From Octopus sinensis (lineage: Eukaryota): DNA of 64,000 nt. Positions 57,799 through 64,000 of this stretch are shown here, piece by piece; positions within the stretch are counted from its first letter, which is position 1; every line of letters starts with the position of its first letter. The DNA lies in the NCBI RefSeq assembly GCF_006345805.1, contig NC_043003.1:51522001-51586000 (forward strand), given 5' to 3'. Made by a program: the position numbers and the translations under genes. The notes beneath the pieces were generated by a model that did no database searches, had not been told where the DNA came from, and saw only the letters and a program-made list of their open reading frames with translations.

Positions 57799-58587
57799 TT
57801 AATTAATCTGAAAGATAAGAAAGGAAAGAAAACAGTTAGATTAAATTAGGTTTCAGATTTTTTTTTTTGTCTTTTCATGATAACACCACAATATGACCAT
57901 CAACATCACCACTAACACAAGATAACAAGAGAGCCTTTACGTGGTCAGTAGCTCAACCTAGTAAAAACAGCAGTCAAATCACTTGCAAATCATGCACCTT
58001 ACTGTCTTAAAACACATCTGATAATGTAGTCTTAGAAATATTATGTCTGAAAAGACAGGTTTGTTCTAAAATACCTTTGATCATAGATCTACTTCAAGCT
58101 GATTTGTTTTGTTAGCAACAACAACCACTATGAACTACACCAACATTACATGCTGATAAGAAAACCTCTACATAGGCACCACTCAAGTTTCTAGAAACTG
58201 CAACCAAATCTGCTCCTAAATTACTCTACCTTAAACCCTTTAGCATTGAAACTGGCCATATTTGGCCCAAATAGTCCACCTGTTCTATGTTCAAACTTGC
58301 CACATCAAGCCTCTCACATAAAACCCTACAATGGCATTATAAAAATAAACAAATACATCCTCAAAATCTCAAAGCTACAAGACAATACATGATTAATTCA
58401 AAACAATGTGAATAAATAGGCATAGGAGTGGGTGTGTAGTAAGTAGCTTGCTTACGAACTACATGGTTCCAGGTTCAGTCCCACTGCGTGGCACTTTGGG
58501 CAAGTGTCTTCTACTATAGCCTTGAGCCAACCAAAGCCTTGTGAGTGGATTTGGTAAACGGAAACTGAAAGAAGCCTGTTGTACAAA

Positions 58588-58633
<46 letters not shown>

Positions 58634-58636
<3 letters not shown>

Positions 58637-61600
58637 CCTTACGAATTAAACCTGTTGTTCCTTAGCTCTCTCTCTCTCTTCCTTCCCCCCTCTCTCTTTC
58701 CTCATGCTTCCACCTGATAATCCCCACCCCCAATCCCTAACTCTTTATAAAGCAGTGTTCGATTTATCTCGTCCCTCTTCTCGATTCTACATTTTGCTGA
58801 CAAAACACTGACTCGAAAAATGACCAGCTAAGCGAATTTAACTTACAACCTGTCATTCATATTCATTTTTTTTAAGTGTTGATTCGTAACTCTAAATCCC
58901 GTTTCTCTATTATTTATTTCGCCATCTTGTATGCATGGCTTCCTGTCTGTCATGCATTTTAAATTCCTCCTTTAATTTCAGTGTCATCCCGTTATTATTC
59001 CATCCCCAGAATTCACTACAATATTCTCTCTCTCTCCTATTTATATTATGTTTTACTCGAACCCCGAAGTTTCTAGATGTTCAGTAATTTCTGTCGCAGA
59101 AAATTCCCTACGTATTAACTTAAAACCTGTTGTTCCTTCGTCGTTATTCCTTTCCCCAAAGATACCCTAAATTCCCTACGAAATTTTTTCTCTCTCTCTT
59201 ATTTATATTACGTTCTTCTCGAACCCCGAAGTTCCTAGATGTTCAGTAATTTCTGTTGCAGAAAATTCCCTACGTATTAACTTAAAACCTGTTGTTCCTT
59301 CGAGGTGACCCCGCCCTCACACCCATCCACCAGAACCGGAAGTTTCTGTTTTCTATCTTTCTTGACCCCCCCCCCCGCACCCCTATGTAGGGTTTATTGT
59401 GATCATATAGCGCAAAAACTGTGAAATTTATGCAGGTTGTAGTCTAGAGTCTCAGTATGATATCTGGCAAATGCAAGCTTTCTTTTCAGGTACATAACAC
59501 TGCTGTCCCTCATCCCAGGGTCTCAGAGGCCCACACCTCCCACACCCTCAGGGTGGGTACCCTCAACGTTGGCACATTGAAAGGTAGGTCTGGCGAGATA
59601 GTCGAGATGCTTGAACGGAGACGTGTTGATGTATGTTGTATGCAAGAAATAAGGTGGAGAGGAGGATCTGCTAGGGTCCTCACAGGCAAGGAACACAGGT
59701 ACAAGATTTTCTGGGCAGGGAACATTGACGGGGTTGGTGGCGTGGGTATACTTATCGCTGAGAAATGGATAGATAGAGTAATTGAGGTAATCAGAGTAAG
59801 TGACAGAATACTTAAGATTAGAATAGTGCTTCATAATAGATTAGCAACCATTATATTGGCCTATGCCCCTCAGCCAGGGCTACCCGATGGACAGAAAGAC
59901 AGTTTCTATGACACCCTACTGCAGACCACCTCATTGACGAACGACAGGGACCTTCTCTTTGTGGCTGGTGATTTCAATGGGCATGTTGGACGACATGCTG
60001 GGGGCTTCCATGGCGTACATGGAGGCTACGGTTATGGTTCCCGCAACGAGGAGGGAACCAGGCTGCTGGAGTTCTGCGATGCGAATAGTCTTATGGTCTG
60101 CAACACTAACTTCAGGAAACCAACAAGCCACCTGGTCACCTACCGATCGGGCCGGCATACTAGCCAAATCGACTACATCCTTGCCAGAAAAAGGGAAAGA
60201 TAGCTGCTTATAAATGCCAAAACCTTCCCAGGCGAAGAATGCACCCCACAACATAGACTGGTAGTTAGTGACTTTAGGATCAGGACTAAGAGGGCGACTA
60301 GAAGACGACCAACATGGAGAAGAAGGGTCTGGAAGCTTAAAGACCCTGCGAATGGACAGAGATTTAGAGATATGTTACTTGAAGCCTTTGACGAAGTGGA
60401 GGAAGGGGTATAGCTACACATGGGGTAGAAGACAACTGGACGTTTCTGAGGGAACCTGCTGAAAGCCGCTGACCAGATCTGTGGCTGGTGCAAAGTCCCC
60501 TTAAGACCCAAAATAACGTGGTGGTGGAACAATATTGTTGACAGGGCTATTAGACAAAAGAAACAGGCTTGGAAGGCTGGAAGAACGGTGGTAGCAGGGA
60601 AGGGTATCAGACTGCCAGAAGGGAAGCTAGGAGACAGGTCTATCTAGCCAGAGGGGAAGCAGATAAGAGAAAATTTGCCAATGTCCTGCGCCGTGAGGAT
60701 GAAAGACTTGAGGTATTTCGTGTTGCAAGACAGTGTGTGAGAGAGAATCATGATGTGGTAGGAGAGAAATGTGTTCGCATGGAGGATGGTTCACTTGCGC
60801 TAAATGAGGATGCAAAGAGAGAAGCTTGGAGACGCCACTATGAAAGGTTACTGAATGAGGAAAATGAATGGGATAAAGAGAGTCTGCCGAATGTTGACCC
60901 TACAGAGGGACCAGCTATCCGAGTTGATAGTTCCGTGGTAGCTAAGGCAATTAGAAGCATGAAGACAGGGAAAGCCCCAGGCCCATCAGGAATTACTGCA
61001 GAGATGCTCAAAATATCTGGCAGTGTCGGCTATAACCTAGTCACCCGTATAGTCAACCAGGTGATACACGAAGGAGTCATACCCAATGACTGGTGCAGCA
61101 GCTTACTAGTCAACTGCTACAAAGGTAAAGGTGGTGATGCCCTAGATACAAATAATTACAGAGGTATCAAGCTGTTGGATCAAGTAATGAAGGTTACGGA
61201 GAGGGTCATAGCCCAACTAATTAGAGAGAGAGTTAGTTTAGATGAGATGCAGTTTGGGTTGTCGTGCAGGGAAAAGTACCACTGATGCTATATTCCTGGT
61301 AAGGCAGCTGCAGGAGAAATACCTAGCCAAAGATAAGCCCCTGTACCTGGCTTTCGTTGACATGGAGAAAGCTTTTGATAGGGTCCCCCGATCCCTTATC
61401 TGGTGGTCAATGAGGAAACTAGGGATAGATGAATGGCTGGTGAAGACTGTGCAAGCATGTACAGAGATGCCGTAAGTAAGGTTAGGGTTGGCAACATGTA
61501 CACAGAAGAATTCAAAGTAGAGGTTGGGGTCCACCAGGGTTCAGTACTAGCCCCCTCCTATTTATCATAGTACTCCAGGCAATTACGGAGGAATTCAAGA

Positions 61601-63409
61601 CAGGCTGTCCCTGGGAGCTCCTCTACGCTGACGACCTTGCTCTTATTGCTGAGTCACTATCAGAACTGGAGGAGAAGTTCCAGGTGTGGAAGGAGGAGGG
61701 TTTAGAATCAAGGGGCCTTAGAGTCAACCTAGCTAAAACCAAAGTACTAATAAGTAGAAAGGTAGACAATCCACAAATATCTTCAGGAAGATGGCCCTGC
61801 TCGATCTGTAGAAAAGGTGTAGGTAGAGAAACTCTATAAGATGTACCCAGTGTAAGCTATGGACACATAAGAGGTGCAGCAATGTCAAAGGTAGGCTAAC
61901 TGGGAAGATAGTTTTTGTATGTGGCAGATGCTCGGGAGCATTAACCTCTGAAAATCTGCAGAAAACAACTTCCGTCACTTTCCAGGGGGAAAAACTAGAA
62001 GTAGTTGATAGCTTCCGTTATCTAGGTGACCAAGTCAGTAGTGGGGGTGGGTGCGCTGAAAGTGTAACTGCTAGAATAAGAATAGCCTGGGCAAAGTTTA
62101 GGGAGCTCTTACCTCTGCTGGTGACTAAAGGCCTCTCGCTCAGAGTAAAAGGCAGACTGTATGATGCGTGTGTACGAACAGCCATGCTACATGGCAGCGA
62201 AACATGGGCCGTGACTGCTGAGGACATGCGTAAGCTCGTGAGGAATGAAGCCAGTATGCTCCGATGGATGTGTAATGTCAGTGTACATACTCGACAGAGC
62301 GTTAGCACCTTGAGAGAAATGTTGTACCTAAGAAGCATCAGTTGTGGTGTGCAAGAGAGACGATTGCGCTGGTATGGTCATGTGGCGATGATGGATGGAG
62401 ATGAGAGATAGGTGTGTGAGAAAGTGCCAATCCCTAGCAGTTGAGGGAACCCGTGGAAGAGGTAGACCCAGGAAAACCTGGGACGAGGTGGTGAAGCACG
62501 ACCTTCGAACTTTAGGCCTCACTGAGGAAATGACCAGAGACCGAGACCTTTGGAAATATTCTGTACGTGAGAAGACCAGGCAGGACAAGTGAGCCCAGCC
62601 CACTTATGAATGCCTTTCCTCCCTTGGACACAAAGACCGGTTGAGGCAAGCGAAGTCGATATAGAACCTCATCCGACGACAGACACCCATGCCAACCCCC
62701 CATGCTTGCGAAGACATGTTGGGGCAAGCGAAATCGAAACCGAATTGAACCAGCCAGGATCCTGGCCTGGTGGTACGTAAAAAGCACTATCCGACTCGTG
62801 GCCGTGGCACGTAAAATACTCCAATGCGACCGTACGACAGGCACCCATGCCAACCCCCTTTGCTTGTGAAGACATGTTGGGGCAAGCAAAATCGAAATCG
62901 AATAGAACCAGCCAGGATCCCTGGTCTGGTGGTACGTAAAAAGCACTATCCGACTCGTGGCCGTGGCACGTAAAATACTCCAATGCGACCGTACGACAGG
63001 CACCCATGCCAACCCCCTTTGCTTGTGAAGACATGTTGGGGCAAGCGAAATCGAAATCGAATTGAACCAGCCAGGATCCCTGGTCTGGTGGTACGTAAAA
63101 AGCACTATCCGACTCGTGGCCGATGCCAGCACCGCCTCGACTGGCTTCCGTGCCGGTGGCACATAAAATACACCAATCTGACCGTGGCCGTTGCCAGCCC
63201 CGCCTGGCACCTGTGCAGGTGGCACGTAAAAAGCACCCACTACACTCACGGAGTGGTTGGCGTTAGGAAGGGCATCCAGCTGTAGAAACATTGCCAGATT
63301 AGACTGGAGCCTGGTGCAGCCTTCTGGCTTCCCAGAACCCCGGTCGAACCATCCAACCCATGCTAGCATGGAGAACGGACGTTAAACGACGATGATGATG
63401 ATGATGATG
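58634..63409 (+). mobile_element. Near-full-length RTE-clade LINE (APE endonuclease + RT), disrupted by stops and frameshifts; antisense to membralin
   Basis: EN motifs GTLNVGTL, CMQEIR, AYAPQ, VAGDFNGHVG and SQIDYIL (59457-60203). RT motifs KAPGPSGI, NYRGIKLL, AFVDMEKAFDRVPR, GVHQGS and LYADD (about 61621). C-terminal RGRGRPRKTW. Repeat-rich 3' UTR ending in (GAT)n; internal duplication in the 5' UTR (about 59027-59140 and 59190-59302). Confidence 0.92.
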
Positions 63410-64000
63410 TATGTATGTGTATATATTTGTGTCTGTGTTTGTCCCCCCACATCGCTTGACAACCGATGGTGGTGTGTTTATGTCCTCGTAACTTAGCGGT
63501 TCGGCTAAAGAGACCGATAGAATAAGTACTAGGCTTACAAAGAATAAGTCCTGGGGTCGATGTGCTCGACTAAAAAAGGCGGTGCTCCAGCATGGCCACA
63601 GTCAAATGACTGAAACAAGTAAAAGAATAAAAGAAAAATAAGCATTAGATTTGACAGAGTAATCTGAATGCTAAAGAGTTAACACACACACACACTGGAT
63701 AATGTAATGCTAGATTAGTGGTTTCTACTCAGTGTTGTAAACAATAGTTGGGAGTGTTGTGAGACTTTAAATTTAATAACATATAAAATATCAGTTAAGT
63801 GTGTCATGTACCTTAAGTACATGGTGACAAGGTCACAGAAAAATTAAAAACAACTGCTCTAGATACACTATATGGAGGAACAAGACAGAAAGATCATAAC
63901 TGTAATATCTTCAATCATAGGTCTGTTCTATAAGTGCAGACCAGATGTGAAACAACCAACTTAAATTATGTTGCTGGTATTTAGTTTATCAACCTTACAG

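Overview
AT-rich eukaryotic genomic DNA, dense in microsatellites and SINEs. The repeat landscape suggests an octopus or other coleoid cephalopod (inference). The only host gene is a minus-strand membralin (TMEM259) orthologue. I reconstructed 10 coding exons (57759 to 15196) with GT-AG borders and consistent phases, giving about 790 aa; the 5' UTR exon(s) were not located and probably lie beyond the window. The introns hold tRNA-derived SINEs, a near-full-length and a decayed RTE-clade LINE, a decayed Ty3/gypsy element, TTAA-flanked MITEs and mariner remnants. Downstream of the gene lie a CR1-like LINE remnant, a hAT-type MITE and a 52-bp minisatellite. The most unusual signal is three different small non-coding elements next to (TA)n tracts, each with a type I hammerhead ribozyme motif with a minimal stem III; two use the U3-A8 core variant. 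Two of them have fold-back inverted ends, including an 837-bp near-perfect palindrome, and one has a 363-bp tandem unit. These look like retrozymes or non-autonomous Penelope-like elements inside membralin introns. Most ORFs in the supplied track are spurious. All calls come from reading the sequence by eye; no searches or folding programs were run.
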